Positions 20,093-31,008 are shown, numbered from the stretch's first letter. The stretch is 64,000 nt of DNA from an uncultured Gammaproteobacteria bacterium (GCA_964504535.1 CAZDED010000004.1:44115-108114), one strand, 5' to 3'. A program made the numbers and translations. Notes: a model not told the origin generated them from the letters alone.

Positions 20093-22465
20093 TTATTGCT
20101 GGGTAAAAGTAGGGGTAGGCATAATGATCTTACATGTATCTTTAGTTTCAGTCCCCCGTATGAAATATGCATCATATCCAAAACAATTTTTAACAACAAT
20201 ATCATCCGGCATGGTGATCTCCATAGGCTCATTACTATTGAGCATATTTTCCATAATTCTATGCCACATAGGAGCCGCTCCCGTTATCCCTGAGGCTAAT
20301 GCCTGTGAAAGGGGGGTGTTGTCGTTATTACCAACCCACGTAGCAACCAGTGTGTCAGGAGTAAAACCTACAGTCCAGTTATCTCTCTTGTTATCAGTTG
20401 TTCCTGTTTTTACGGATACTTTTTTATTTGGAATGACTAATGGTGAATTTGTGCCAAACTCTATACTTCTTGCTTTATCATCTGCAAGAATATTTGAAAT
20501 TATGTATGCAATTCCAGCATCGATAACAGAAACTTCTTTTACTTCTTTCTTCGCAATAATTTTTCCATCAGTGTCAGTTATTAGTAAAATTGGATCCAGC
20601 TCAATCTTATTACCTCCATTTGCTATTACTCCATAGGCAGTAGCCAAATCTTTCATTGTTACTTCAGCTGCTCCCAGCGTGATTGATAGACCGTAGTTTT
20701 CAGCAGATCCCCATGACGAAATCCCCATTTGCTTGCCGAACTGCACTATAGCATCAACTCCCATTTTTTGCGCAACTCTGACTGCTGGAATATTAAAAGA
20801 ATTGGCAAATGCAATTCTTAATGGTACTTTTCCGTGAAATTTTCCATCATAGTTAACGGGAGTATACGCTTGCCCTCCCTGATTTGGGATACTAAGAGGA
20901 AGATCCTCCAAGATTGATGCCTCCGTATAACCTTTTGAAAGAGCGAGAGCATAGGTAATTAGCTTTATTGTTGATCCAGGCTGCCGCAATGATGTTGTTA
21001 TATTCACATTTCCATCATGATCAGCATCAAAATAGTCACTGCTACCAACCATCGCCAAAATATCACCAGTCTGAGGGTTTGTAACAAGAGCTGCCCCATT
21101 TCCAATTCCAAGATATCCATTTTTCTGCACTTCGTCTGAGACTACTTCCTCGGCCATTTTCTGAGTATTGATATCAAGTGACGTTGTGACTTGAAGCCCT
21201 CCTCTTTCAACCTCAAACAGACCGTACTTCCGGATCAACAAATCCCTTACATACATAACAAAATGAGGGGCCTGGATTGGAACTTGGGATGATGCAAAAA
21301 TAAGCCTCTCTGAATAGGCTCTTCCTGCCTGATCTTTTGTGATATATCCTTCCGAAACCATTGCAGTAAGTACTTCTTTTTGTCTCTTTTTTCCCAGACT
21401 ACCATCGCCTGCAAAGGGAGAATACTGGCTTGGAGCTTGCGGCAATCCTGCAAGATATGCACTCTCAGAGAGTGTTAGGCTTGAGACATCTTTACCGAAA
21501 TAAATTTGTGATGCCGCCTCAACACCCCACGCAGTCCCACCATAAGGAACATAATTAAAATACAGTTCAAGAATTTGGTTCTTGGTATATTGCTGCTCAG
21601 CCCAGAAGGCAAGAACTAATTCTCTAACTTTTCTTGTGATTGTTGGCTCCGGAGTTAAAAGGGCGGATTTTATAAGTTGCTGTGTAATAGTTGATCCACC
21701 TTGCAACTCTTTTTTAGTTGCGTCAACATATACTGCCCGCGCAATTCCTTTTACATCAAACCCATCGTGCTTGTAAAAATCTTTGTCTTCAATCGCAATT
21801 GTTGCCTCTTGTAACTTTTTTGGGATTTTTTCAAGCCTAACTATTGTACGATTCTGATTGGCATATATTTCATACAGTAAATTTCCGTTTCTGTCCAAGA
21901 TCTTCGTAGTCTTTGGAATATAGTTCACTGACAGATTTGACAGCTTTGGCAAATCTGAAAGGAATAGAAAAAATAATGCAGGCATGAAGAAGAAGATACA
22001 TGCAAATAGAGTACCGAGTCCAACATATTTAAACTTGAGCAATAAAGATGGTTTGGATGATATAACAATGTTCTTTTGTGATCTTTTTAATCTTCTCTGA
22101 GGGAACCTAATTTTAGCAGTTATTTTAAAGGGGAATACAAGAAACGAGGCTAAAAAACGAAGTAATGAAGAAAACTCCTGCAAGACATATGCTAGAAAAA
22201 AACCGATTGCATGAGATAATTTCGAAAATAATACGAAATCTTCTTTCTCATTGCGTCTTATAGTTTTACTTTTTTTGTAATTATATTTTTTATCTTTTCT
22301 CGGAGGCCTTGAGAAGTGATGTATTCCCTTTTTTACCAACCCGACAACGTACTCAATAGGTGAAAAAAGAAGAGAAGAAAAAGAATGGATCGCCGAGTAG
22401 ACGAGATCCCCAATTTTTATGAGGATGAATAGTATTATGTAAAATAAAAATTTAAAAAAAGCCAT
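20093..22465 (-). CDS. Class A penicillin-binding protein with extended N-terminus
   Basis: EDKDFY, GGSTITQQL, QPGSTIK, KTGT. Confidence 0.94.
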   Translation of the reverse strand: MAFFKFLFYIILFILIKIGDLVYSAIHSFSSLLFSPIEYVVGLVKKGIHHFSRPPRKDKKYNYKKSKTIRRNEKEDFVLFSKLSHAIGFFLAYVLQEFSSLLRFLASFLVFPFKITAKIRFPQRRLKRSQKNIVISSKPSLLLKFKYVGLGTLFACIFFFMPALFFLFLSDLPKLSNLSVNYIPKTTKILDRNGNLLYEIYANQNRTIVRLEKIPKKLQEATIAIEDKDFYKHDGFDVKGIARAVYVDATKKELQGGSTITQQLIKSALLTPEPTITRKVRELVLAFWAEQQYTKNQILELYFNYVPYGGTAWGVEAASQIYFGKDVSSLTLSESAYLAGLPQAPSQYSPFAGDGSLGKKRQKEVLTAMVSEGYITKDQAGRAYSERLIFASSQVPIQAPHFVMYVRDLLIRKYGLFEVERGGLQVTTSLDINTQKMAEEVVSDEVQKNGYLGIGNGAALVTNPQTGDILAMVGSSDYFDADHDGNVNITTSLRQPGSTIKLITYALALSKGYTEASILEDLPLSIPNQGGQAYTPVNYDGKFHGKVPLRIAFANSFNIPAVRVAQKMGVDAIVQFGKQMGISSWGSAENYGLSITLGAAEVTMKDLATAYGVIANGGNKIELDPILLITDTDGKIIAKKEVKEVSVIDAGIAYIISNILADDKARSIEFGTNSPLVIPNKKVSVKTGTTDNKRDNWTVGFTPDTLVATWVGNNDNTPLSQALASGITGAAPMWHRIMENMLNSNEPMEITMPDDIVVKNCFGYDAYFIRGTETKDTCKIIMPTPTFTQQ

Positions 22466-22647
22466 AAGCCCTCCAATAGTTTTTTAATAATTACAACAGA
22501 GGGCAGAAACCTGTTACATCTTGCGATGCTAATTTAGTATTATAGTAATGGATTCTTCGCTTCGCAACTAGTAAATACGTATCAAAGTACTTTAAAAACA
22601 TTCACTTTTAGTTGCATTAATAAAGTTCAGAAGTATACAATGTTTGT

Positions 22648-23622
22648 ATGAAAGTTTTGGTAATCGGTTCCTCTCTTTTTGACGCAATTATATCTTTAGA
22701 AAATAATTCCCACATTACAATTTCTGATAATACGGCGAGTTTTGCACTTGGAGATAAAATCCCGATCGACATTAAAGCATTTTCTATTGGTGGAAATGGA
22801 GCCAATGTAGCATCAACTCTTCATAAATTAGGAGTAACGAATGCCTTTTATACCTATATTGGTCAGGATGCATTATCTCAATTTATAGAGCAGCAGCTAT
22901 CAAAGGAGGGAATAAAGATTTACTGTGAAGATGTCGACTCGAAAGATGGGCCATTATCTCTGATTTTTGATTTTGTTCAGGACAGGACTATTTTCTCTCA
23001 CCACCCAGAACATGACCATGTGTTTGATGAAAGCAAAATTGATGAAAAACCTGAGATCATTTTTCTTACATCGGTTGGAAAAAGATGGGAAGGTGCTTAT
23101 GAAAATGTACTTAATTATGCAAATCGTGAAGGAATTCCCGTTGCTTATTCACCAGGATCCGCACAGATGAAAGATATTAATGAAACGTTTATAAAAGCTG
23201 TCCATCAGTCAAAGATGCTTTTTTGTAATATGGAGGAGGCTCGAATAATAAATCAAAAATTATCTGGTAACCAGATTGGTGATGTTAAAGAATTGCTGCT
23301 TAATTTGAAAAATTATGGTTTTGATCTAATCTCAGTGACAGATGGCCAAAATGGTGCGTATGCAGTCGAAAATGATGGAAAGATATATAAAATCGGGACA
23401 TTAAATCCTGATGGACATGAAAAGACCGGTGCAGGAGATGCTTATGCAGGAGCGTTTTTAGCCTCATTGACAAAAGGCATGTCCATTGCAGAGTGTATGA
23501 AGAGGGGAGTTTTGAACTCTATCGGTGTCATGTCACATGTCGGAGCACATACGGGGCAACTTACTGAGGAGGAAATGGAACAAAAGGCATCTGAGATAGA
23601 GCTTAGCGCTACGCAAATTTAA
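22648..23622 (+). CDS. PfkB family carbohydrate kinase
   Basis: GGNGANVA, TGAGDAY. Confidence 0.92.
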   Translation: MKVLVIGSSLFDAIISLENNSHITISDNTASFALGDKIPIDIKAFSIGGNGANVASTLHKLGVTNAFYTYIGQDALSQFIEQQLSKEGIKIYCEDVDSKDGPLSLIFDFVQDRTIFSHHPEHDHVFDESKIDEKPEIIFLTSVGKRWEGAYENVLNYANREGIPVAYSPGSAQMKDINETFIKAVHQSKMLFCNMEEARIINQKLSGNQIGDVKELLLNLKNYGFDLISVTDGQNGAYAVENDGKIYKIGTLNPDGHEKTGAGDAYAGAFLASLTKGMSIAECMKRGVLNSIGVMSHVGAHTGQLTEEEMEQKASEIELSATQI

Positions 23623-23623
23623 T

Positions 23624-24127
23624 ATGAAGATATATCTAGCATCAGATCATGCAGGATTCAATCTTAAAGAAAAAGTTAAAAAAACACTGACGGAAAGTGG
23701 ATACGACATTGAGGATTGCGGAGCTTATGAATTTGAACCCACTGATGATTATCCTGATTACATCAAAAAGGCTGCTGAAAACGTCTCGAGAAACCCAGAA
23801 GACAAAGCTATTATTTTTGGAAGCTCTGGACAAGGTGAAGCAATTGTTGCCAATAAATTTAAAGGTGTAAGAGCAGTTGTTTTTTACACCCCTATTATTC
23901 CTGCTCATGCTGTGGATGTAACTGGCCGCACCAGTAGTGATGCTTTTGAGATGATCCGGCTAACTCGTGAACACAACGATGCAAATGTTTTATCTATCGG
24001 AGCACATATCCTGAGTGAAGCAGATGCTCTCCATGCTATTAAACAATGGCTCGAAGCACCGTTCTCAAATGATGAGAGACACATCAGACGGATCAGGAAA
24101 ATTTCTCAAATAGAAGACCATGAATGA
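23624..24127 (+). CDS. rpiB: Ribose-5-phosphate isomerase B
   Basis: ASDHAG, DYPD, REHNDAN, RHIRRI. Confidence 0.95.
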   Translation: MKIYLASDHAGFNLKEKVKKTLTESGYDIEDCGAYEFEPTDDYPDYIKKAAENVSRNPEDKAIIFGSSGQGEAIVANKFKGVRAVVFYTPIIPAHAVDVTGRTSSDAFEMIRLTREHNDANVLSIGAHILSEADALHAIKQWLEAPFSNDERHIRRIRKISQIEDHE

Positions 24128-24761
24128 AGTAATACCAAGCCCAGGTACTGAAAATAAAAATTGGGAAGATATTGAAGATAGATTAAACCGCATAAAACCT
24201 TTCGCAAAATCCATTCATATTGATGTTTTAGATGGCAAGTTTGCTCCTAATACTACTTTTTCGGATGCTTCAAAATTTTCAGGCTTTACGAAAGAGACTC
24301 TTTTCGAGGTTCATTTGATGGTCGACAACCCTGTGCAGTATCTAAAAACATGGGCTGATGCAGGATTTAGACGATTTATTGGTCAGATAGAAAAAATGCC
24401 TGATCCCATTGAGTTTGTTGCCCAGGGACAATTACTCGGAGAGGTGGGCATTGCTGTTGATGGCCCAACGGGACTTGAAGTGTTAAACAACCTTAATCTT
24501 AACGATTTAGATTGTTTACTTATAATGACAATTAACGCTGGGTTTTCAGGTCAGGAATTTCAGCCGGAAATGCTTGATAAGGTAAGAACAATGAAAGAAA
24601 AATACCCTTATTTAACGATAGAAGTTGATGGAGGAATAAATGAAAACACAATTGTTGATTCAAAAAAAGCAGGAGCAAGCAGATTTGTCACAACAAGCAC
24701 TCTTTATAAGGCTGATGACATTTCTGAAGAGTTCAAAAAATTAACCTCACTCATCAAATGA
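24120..24761 (+). CDS. rpe: Ribulose-phosphate 3-epimerase
   Basis: HIDVLDG, HLMV, GFSGQ, EVDGGI. Confidence 0.95.
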   Translation: MNEVIPSPGTENKNWEDIEDRLNRIKPFAKSIHIDVLDGKFAPNTTFSDASKFSGFTKETLFEVHLMVDNPVQYLKTWADAGFRRFIGQIEKMPDPIEFVAQGQLLGEVGIAVDGPTGLEVLNNLNLNDLDCLLIMTINAGFSGQEFQPEMLDKVRTMKEKYPYLTIEVDGGINENTIVDSKKAGASRFVTTSTLYKADDISEEFKKLTSLIK

Positions 24762-24766
24762 GTCGG

Positions 24767-24796
24767 GGTGCCGAGGGGAGTTACCCCCTCGACACC
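24767..24796 (-). terminator. GC-rich hairpin between convergent genes
   Basis: Minus strand GGTGTCGAGGGG pairs with CCCCTCGGCACC; no U-tract. Confidence 0.55.
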
Positions 24797-24813
24797 GTTG
24801 GACTGCAAACCCT

Positions 24814-25986
24814 CTAGCGGACAACTACCGTGAATTGCCTCCCCCCGGGACTGGTCGTGATCTGTATGCTGATCACGAAATGTGTTTTGGTCGTGTCAGG
24901 TGCCATTTGCCCGGGAAGGCAATTGGCGTTTCCTTCACAGGGAGCAGATGCGAGGGCAGTGAATGAGAAGTGCCAGCACTTCCCAGACGTAGGACAGGCT
25001 GGCGCCTGTGACATTGGCGCTGGACTTGCTGCATTTCGTGGATATTCCGTCATATCCATAGTGAGCTTGATCGTCACCCCCGTCGCAACGTCTGGCGTGG
25101 TCAGATCGAAAGGAACCACGTCTCCCGGACAAATGACCGAATAGCCTATCGTCAAGGAGTCGCCGTTGGTTGCCGTGTATGTAGTTCCCGAAGTGCTGGT
25201 GCACGAAACGGGCGGCGGTGTAGGAGTGTTCGTTGGTGTAGCACTTGGACTTGGGCTCGGCGTTACTGCCGACTGGGTCGGGGTTGGCGTCGATGTCTTA
25301 GTCGGAGTCGGACTTGGCGAAACCCCGGGCACTGATGTTGAGGTGCTCGTGGCTGTTGCTGTAGCCGTTCCGGTCTGAGTGGCAGTTGCCGACGGGAACA
25401 CTGTTCCCGTAGACGTTGTGCTCGGACTTGGAGACGGAGCTACGGTTCCGGTCTTTGTTGCCGTTTGAGTCGGCGTGATCGTAACAATTCCGGTTGCCGT
25501 CGGAGTGACAGTCCTGGAAAAGATTGCCCTAGGTGACGGCGTGGCTGATGGCATCGGAGTTGATGTCTCACATCCCGTAAGGGCATATGGGGCAACTTGT
25601 ACTTGCGTACTTGCGTATACCTCGCTCCACGCGGCAACCCAGTCTCGATTGAGACCGATGACCATCCCGACGCCGACATTATTGCCGTCGGCAACGAGCT
25701 GATCTGCGACCAATGGGTCTTGCGCCATAGCGCTTACCGACACCTGATCCGCGGCTACGATGCTTGCTGACTGTGCCTGAACTTGAGAGCATTCAGGCGT
25801 ACTGTCTGAAGCAACGAAGGGAATGGTTAGGCGATGCGACATGGTGGCGCTAGGTGGCGTCTGGGACGCTGATGCTCCTTCGGCAATTGCCGGATTGTCC
25901 ATCCTCACAAGAGAGAGGACAAGCATGGCGGCTGCCAAAAAGAGCATCACAACCGGCGGAATGGATCTTCTTGAACGGGTGTGCAC
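24814..25986 (-). CDS. GC-rich exported/anchored protein with Pro/Thr/Ser-rich linker and Cys-containing C-domain
   Basis: AAGGAG SD before GTG at 25986, hydrophobic N-terminal segment, TPTAT/PSPS repeats; track extends to 26133. Confidence 0.75.
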   Translation of the reverse strand: MHTRSRRSIPPVVMLFLAAAMLVLSLVRMDNPAIAEGASASQTPPSATMSHRLTIPFVASDSTPECSQVQAQSASIVAADQVSVSAMAQDPLVADQLVADGNNVGVGMVIGLNRDWVAAWSEVYASTQVQVAPYALTGCETSTPMPSATPSPRAIFSRTVTPTATGIVTITPTQTATKTGTVAPSPSPSTTSTGTVFPSATATQTGTATATATSTSTSVPGVSPSPTPTKTSTPTPTQSAVTPSPSPSATPTNTPTPPPVSCTSTSGTTYTATNGDSLTIGYSVICPGDVVPFDLTTPDVATGVTIKLTMDMTEYPRNAASPAPMSQAPACPTSGKCWHFSFTALASAPCEGNANCLPGQMAPDTTKTHFVISIQITTSPGGRQFTVVVR

Positions 25987-26157
25987 AGAACTCCTTCTTT
26001 CCTTTATGGGCTGGCTGAGTGTTTGCAGGTTTTCAAGGAGCGTTTCCGCATCCTTAAAAGCAATCTTTGAGGTGCGAAAACACAACTCAAGGGTATTATA
26101 TAACATCTTCCCGAAGGAAGATGTTTTCTTCAAGAAAGAATAACAGTATTGTGAAAA

Positions 26158-27015
26158 TTATTTGCTTCCGCGGTCTATATAAATAGTTTCAGCTATCTTT
26201 CCGATTGTCTCTTTTGCATAGTCTCCATCAGTAAGATTGCTAGATGTAACTACTAAAATAAATGGGGTCTTTCCATTTGAGACTATTCCTCCGTCGTGAA
26301 TAAAATTTATTCCATCTCCGGTTTTGTGATAGATATGAAGTCCCCGAGGCAAAAGTCGAGAAATTCTATCTTCAAAATCCGTGTTTTCCATATATCCCAT
26401 CATTTCCTTTGTAAGTGCAGGTGTTGCGATTTTATTGGTGTACAACATCTTAAAAAACGTTTGTATGTCTCTGCACGACGTGTCGTTTTCTACCATGTTA
26501 GTAGCACTCATCCCAAGTCTGTATGCGTATGCCTGTATATTGTCTTCCCCAAGCCTGATATTGAGAACGTGTGCCGCGGTATTATCTGATTTCTGAAGAG
26601 CAAGTTGGGCGAGGTACTGGAGTGTATATGTTTTTCCAGGCTCTTCATAACGGATGACACCAGTTCCGTAGTCCTGTATGTCAGATTTTTGTATAACAAC
26701 GGTTTCTTGAAGATCTATCTCTTTTTTTGCTGCAAGAGAGTAAAGGTACCCAACTACCGGCAACTTGTTCATTGATGCTCCAGTCAATACCGTATCTGGA
26801 TGGATACCGAAAGACTCATCAGTAGTAAGATCCGTATAGCAGACATTAAATTCTCCTTTTTTATTCTTGAGAAGATCCGCAACATCCTGGCGTATCACTT
26901 CTGTATCTTTCGCTTTTTGAGTCCCTCCCAACGTCACAACAGGGATAAAAAGGAGATTTCTTCCCAGAATGAGTAGAAAAAATGAGTAGAAAAGAAATAT
27001 TACTGTTTTTCTCAT
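26158..27015 (-). CDS. Class A beta-lactamase-like serine hydrolase
   Basis: SMNK (SxxK), SDN, HKTG, HDGG; N-terminal TM. Confidence 0.88.
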   Translation of the reverse strand: MRKTVIFLFYSFFLLILGRNLLFIPVVTLGGTQKAKDTEVIRQDVADLLKNKKGEFNVCYTDLTTDESFGIHPDTVLTGASMNKLPVVGYLYSLAAKKEIDLQETVVIQKSDIQDYGTGVIRYEEPGKTYTLQYLAQLALQKSDNTAAHVLNIRLGEDNIQAYAYRLGMSATNMVENDTSCRDIQTFFKMLYTNKIATPALTKEMMGYMENTDFEDRISRLLPRGLHIYHKTGDGINFIHDGGIVSNGKTPFILVVTSSNLTDGDYAKETIGKIAETIYIDRGSK

Positions 27016-27016
27016 A

Positions 27017-28537
27017 TTAGTCTATGGTTTTTGGGCGGTATTGCAATGCTTCTAATATGTGTGCTGAGTCTACCTCTTTACTTCTTTCAAGGTCAGCTAT
27101 TGTCCGAGAAACCTTAAGCACTTTATTAAATGACCGGGCAGAAAGCGCGAGTGTTTTCATGGCATTTTTCATAATCTCTTTTGCATTATCTTTGAGAAGT
27201 AGTAGTTCTTTAAGGTCTTTAGATGACATTTCGCTGTTCATTATAGCCTTTTTTTTAGCAAAGCGTTTTCGCTGTAGATTAACTGCCCCAACAACTCTTG
27301 CCCTAATTTTACTAGAATCCTCATAATCATTCGTGTCGTCTACGAGTTTTTCAACTTTAACTGCTGGAACATCGATATGGATATCTATTCTATCAAGCAG
27401 GGGACCGGATAATTTTTTCTGGTACTTAAGAACTTGGCCTGCCGAACAGGTGCAGACCTTTGTACTGTCTCCAAAAAATCCACAAGGACAAGGATTTGCA
27501 GCTGCAACGAGCATAAAACGGGATGGAAAAACGACCCTCTCCCGCGCTCTTGAGATACTGACGATCCCGTCTTCTAATGGTTGGCGAAGCGCTTCAAGTA
27601 CATATCTTGAAAATTCTGGTAATTCGTCAAGAAAAAGTACCCCTCTGTGAGCCAGAGATATTTCACCAGGCTTTGGGTTTGCACTTCCTCCAATAAGGCC
27701 AATGTGTGAAGTTGTGTGGTGTGGACTCCTAAATGGCCGAGACCTTAAGATGGATTTTCCTTGTAGTAGGCCTGAGATGCTATAAATTTTTGTAACCTCT
27801 AAAGCTTCGTCAAAAGAGAGCGGAGGAAGAATTGAGGGAATTGTTTTGGCAATTAATGTCTTCCCAGCTCCTGGTGGACCTTTTAATAAAATGTTATGCC
27901 CGCCGGCAACAGCAACTTCTACCGCACGCTTTACGTATGCCTGACCCTTAATATCTTTCATGTCAAAATCGTATTCGATTCCATCTTGGTCGGCATCAAA
28001 CTGAATAGGAAGAAGTGGTTCAAGCATTTTGTTTCCGACTAGATGATTGAATAACTCTTTGAGGTTTTTGATGGGGTAAATTGAAATACCTGAAACAACT
28101 TCGGCTTCTCTTTTATTGGCACTTGGGATATAGATATCTTTAATTTTCTTCTCTTTTGCAGCCAAAACGATAGGTAAAACCCCTTTTGACAACCGTAATT
28201 CTCCATTTAGGGAAAGTTCGCCAACAAAAAGCGAACTACTGGAATCAAAATGCAGCTGGCCGGAGGAAAGGAGTATGGAAACAGCAATTGGCAGGTCAAA
28301 GGTTGGACCTTCTTTGGGGAGATCGCCTGGCGCAAGATTGACGGTTACTTTTTTTGTCGGAAAGTCAGCCCCTGAGTTTTTAATGGCCGAGCAAACCCTT
28401 TCCTTTGATTCCTCAACTGCTTTGTCTGGAAGTCCAACGATTTTAAAAGCGGGAAGGCCATTTAAAATATCTGTCTCAACCTCAATTAAAACTCCATCAA
28501 GACCAACAACTGTTGCTGACAAAACTTTACTAACCAT
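27017..28537 (-). CDS. comM: YifB/ComM Mg-chelatase-like AAA ATPase
   Basis: VGLPD, GPPGAGKT, RSPHHT, NPCPCG, ARTIADL-like end. Confidence 0.95.
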   Translation of the reverse strand: MVSKVLSATVVGLDGVLIEVETDILNGLPAFKIVGLPDKAVEESKERVCSAIKNSGADFPTKKVTVNLAPGDLPKEGPTFDLPIAVSILLSSGQLHFDSSSSLFVGELSLNGELRLSKGVLPIVLAAKEKKIKDIYIPSANKREAEVVSGISIYPIKNLKELFNHLVGNKMLEPLLPIQFDADQDGIEYDFDMKDIKGQAYVKRAVEVAVAGGHNILLKGPPGAGKTLIAKTIPSILPPLSFDEALEVTKIYSISGLLQGKSILRSRPFRSPHHTTSHIGLIGGSANPKPGEISLAHRGVLFLDELPEFSRYVLEALRQPLEDGIVSISRARERVVFPSRFMLVAAANPCPCGFFGDSTKVCTCSAGQVLKYQKKLSGPLLDRIDIHIDVPAVKVEKLVDDTNDYEDSSKIRARVVGAVNLQRKRFAKKKAIMNSEMSSKDLKELLLLKDNAKEIMKNAMKTLALSARSFNKVLKVSRTIADLERSKEVDSAHILEALQYRPKTID

Positions 28538-28612
28538 ATTTACAGGAACTAGTTACTAGATATTAGTTAATAGTTAATAAAAGTATGAGATATATAAAAG
28601 ACAAAAGCAAAA

Positions 28613-29014
28613 TTATCTATCTTTAAGAGGAATAACAAACTTTAACCCAGACCAGGTTTCATCAATAGCCGCAACTTTTACATCAACAAGTCCCAACGGC
28701 AAACAAACTTCACGAATAACATTTTCATTCATGTCGGTTTTGACACCAGATGAGGCTTTTGGCCAGCTGACCCAAATCGCACCTGTTGGTTTTATTCCCA
28801 TCATGAGCTTCTTAATTTCAGAAATAAGAATTTCTTTTTCTTTCACAAAAATATGGATAAAATCATGATCTTTTCTTACCATTGGAAAAATTTCAACATC
28901 ATCAATTTCTCCGAGTTCTACTATATAAGAGAGTGGCGCGTAAAGAAAAACAACAGAAAAACCTGACTTTATCCCAAGCTTATCTCTCAACGATTTTGAG
29001 GAGTAACCAGCCAT
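28613..29014 (-). CDS. DUF3052-like protein
   Basis: MAGYS..L..KLGIK, WVSWPK, GLVDVKV, WSGLK. Confidence 0.85.
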   Translation of the reverse strand: MAGYSSKSLRDKLGIKSGFSVVFLYAPLSYIVELGEIDDVEIFPMVRKDHDFIHIFVKEKEILISEIKKLMMGIKPTGAIWVSWPKASSGVKTDMNENVIREVCLPLGLVDVKVAAIDETWSGLKFVIPLKDR

Positions 29015-29049
29015 GATCAGAGTATATCATGTGCTACAATTGGGGCACG

Positions 29050-30810
29050 ATGGATGATGTTGATTTAATAAAAAGAAAAATTGATGTAGCTGATCTTATT
29101 GCCACATATATTCCTATAAAAAGAGCAGGTCGCAATTTCAAAGCAAATTGTCCATTTCATAACGAAAAATCTCCCTCATTTGTTATATCCCCTGAAAGAC
29201 AAATCTGGCACTGTTTTGGTTGCGCAAAGGGTGGAGACATATTCACATTTGTTGAAGAATACGAAAGGATGGATTTTTCAGAAGCTTTAAAATTACTTGC
29301 TGAACGTGCGGATGTAAAGCTTCACAAAACGGTTTTTAAGACAAAACAAGACGAAAAAAAGACACGAATTTATGAGATAAATCATCTTGCTTCACAGTTT
29401 TACCACTATCTGCTTACTGATCATGCCTCTGGAAAAAATGCTCTCAAATATGTCACCGATACAAGAGGGCTAACTGAAGCGCTCATCTCAACCTATGGAG
29501 TGGGATATGCTCCCCGACAAGGAAATGCTCTCTGCAATTATCTTATAAAGAAAAAAGGGTATACGCCTGATGAGTTGATTGAGGCTGGTGTTGCAACAAT
29601 GAGAGGCGGCAGGCTCTACGATTTTTTCCAAAATAGACTCATGTTTCCTATCCAAGACTCTCGGGGAAATATTGTCGCTTTCTCTGGACGAGGACTGACA
29701 GATGATGCGATCCCTAAATACATAAACACTAAAGAGACACCAGTATACATAAAGGGGGACACAGTATTTGGCCTTTTCCAGGCGAAAGACAGTATCAAAA
29801 AAGAAAAAAAGGTTCTTCTTATGGAAGGAGAATTTGATGCGATAACAGCATATAAAGAGGGGATAACAAACGCTATTGCTATCAAAGGGACAGCTCTTAC
29901 GGAAAATCAGGTACGACTTCTGAAAAGATTTGCCCAAAAAATAGTGTTTTGTTTTGATACGGATTCCGCCGGCACTGAGGCTCAACGCCGCTCAATTGCT
30001 CTTATAACTCACGAAGGGATAGGGGCAAGTGTTGTTATTCCTCCGGAAGGCAAAGATGCTGATGAAATACTCAGGGAAAATCCAATACTTTTTAAAAAAG
30101 CGTTGAAAAATGAGATCAATATTTATGATTTTATCCTTCAAAGCTCAGTTCAGACTCAGGATCCTGAATCAGTTGAAGGAAAAGAACATATTCTTTCAAG
30201 ATCTCTTTCTTATATTAGGGATATAGATAATGAAATTGTTAAAGAGCATTACCTCAAAAAACTCGCCGAGCTTCTCAATACTTCTTATGAATCAGTAGTG
30301 AAGGAAGCTGAGAGGACAAAAGCCCCACAGCCAAAAGTTGAGGCTCCCATTCTTTCTGTCAACAAACTTTCTCGCCAAGAAATGCTTGAAAATCATCTCT
30401 TAACTCTTGCGTTGCAGTCAGCACGACCGAAGGAGTCGATTACAATCATTGCCAGCATATTAGAAGCTGTTGAACCCAAAACACCAGCAGTAAGGGAAAT
30501 ATACAGGGTTCTTAAGCAATTCTTTATAACCAATGAGGAGCTCAATGTAGCAGAAATCACTAAATTGTTGCCCGAAGAATTTATCCCAATTTTTGATCTT
30601 TATTTCCTTAACCCGATTCCAAATCTTCCAACTGATGAAAGTTATACTCATGAAATAGAAAAAACGGCAAAGATTCTAAAGCAAGGTCTTATAAAGGAAC
30701 GCCTTCAGGAGCTATCAGAAGAAATGAAAATTGCAGAAAAGAAAGAGGATGAGGAAGGGCTACAGGCTCTTCGGGTTGAGTTCAACACACTAGCTTCAAG
30801 GTTCAAATAA
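29050..30810 (+). CDS. dnaG: DNA primase
   Basis: CPFH...CFGC zinc finger, KYIN, EGEFD, FDTD TOPRIM. Confidence 0.97.
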   Translation: MDDVDLIKRKIDVADLIATYIPIKRAGRNFKANCPFHNEKSPSFVISPERQIWHCFGCAKGGDIFTFVEEYERMDFSEALKLLAERADVKLHKTVFKTKQDEKKTRIYEINHLASQFYHYLLTDHASGKNALKYVTDTRGLTEALISTYGVGYAPRQGNALCNYLIKKKGYTPDELIEAGVATMRGGRLYDFFQNRLMFPIQDSRGNIVAFSGRGLTDDAIPKYINTKETPVYIKGDTVFGLFQAKDSIKKEKKVLLMEGEFDAITAYKEGITNAIAIKGTALTENQVRLLKRFAQKIVFCFDTDSAGTEAQRRSIALITHEGIGASVVIPPEGKDADEILRENPILFKKALKNEINIYDFILQSSVQTQDPESVEGKEHILSRSLSYIRDIDNEIVKEHYLKKLAELLNTSYESVVKEAERTKAPQPKVEAPILSVNKLSRQEMLENHLLTLALQSARPKESITIIASILEAVEPKTPAVREIYRVLKQFFITNEELNVAEITKLLPEEFIPIFDLYFLNPIPNLPTDESYTHEIEKTAKILKQGLIKERLQELSEEMKIAEKKEDEEGLQALRVEFNTLASRFK

Positions 30811-30815
30811 AGTTT

Positions 30816-30911
30816 AGTTGTCAATTTCCAATTTCCAGTTCTTAGTAAGTTTTCAGTGATTATTGACTCAACATTAACACATTGTAAACTGAGAATTGTG
30901 AATTGAGAACT
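30816..30911. repeat. Imperfect 25-bp inverted repeat with 7-nt periodicity
   Basis: 30816-30840 matches reverse complement of 30887-30911 at 20/25 positions. Confidence 0.6.
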
Positions 30912-31008
30912 TGCCTATCCCCTAGCTTCGGTGTATAATAAACTTCATTCTTTCACGTGGTAGCTTTTTCTTCGGGAATTGCTGTTTTCTGCGTAAGAGT
31001 ACAATATT

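Noticed and set aside
24830-26143. Plus-strand ORFs opposite the PT-rich gene
   Set aside because: Antisense shadows of low-complexity GC-rich coding sequence
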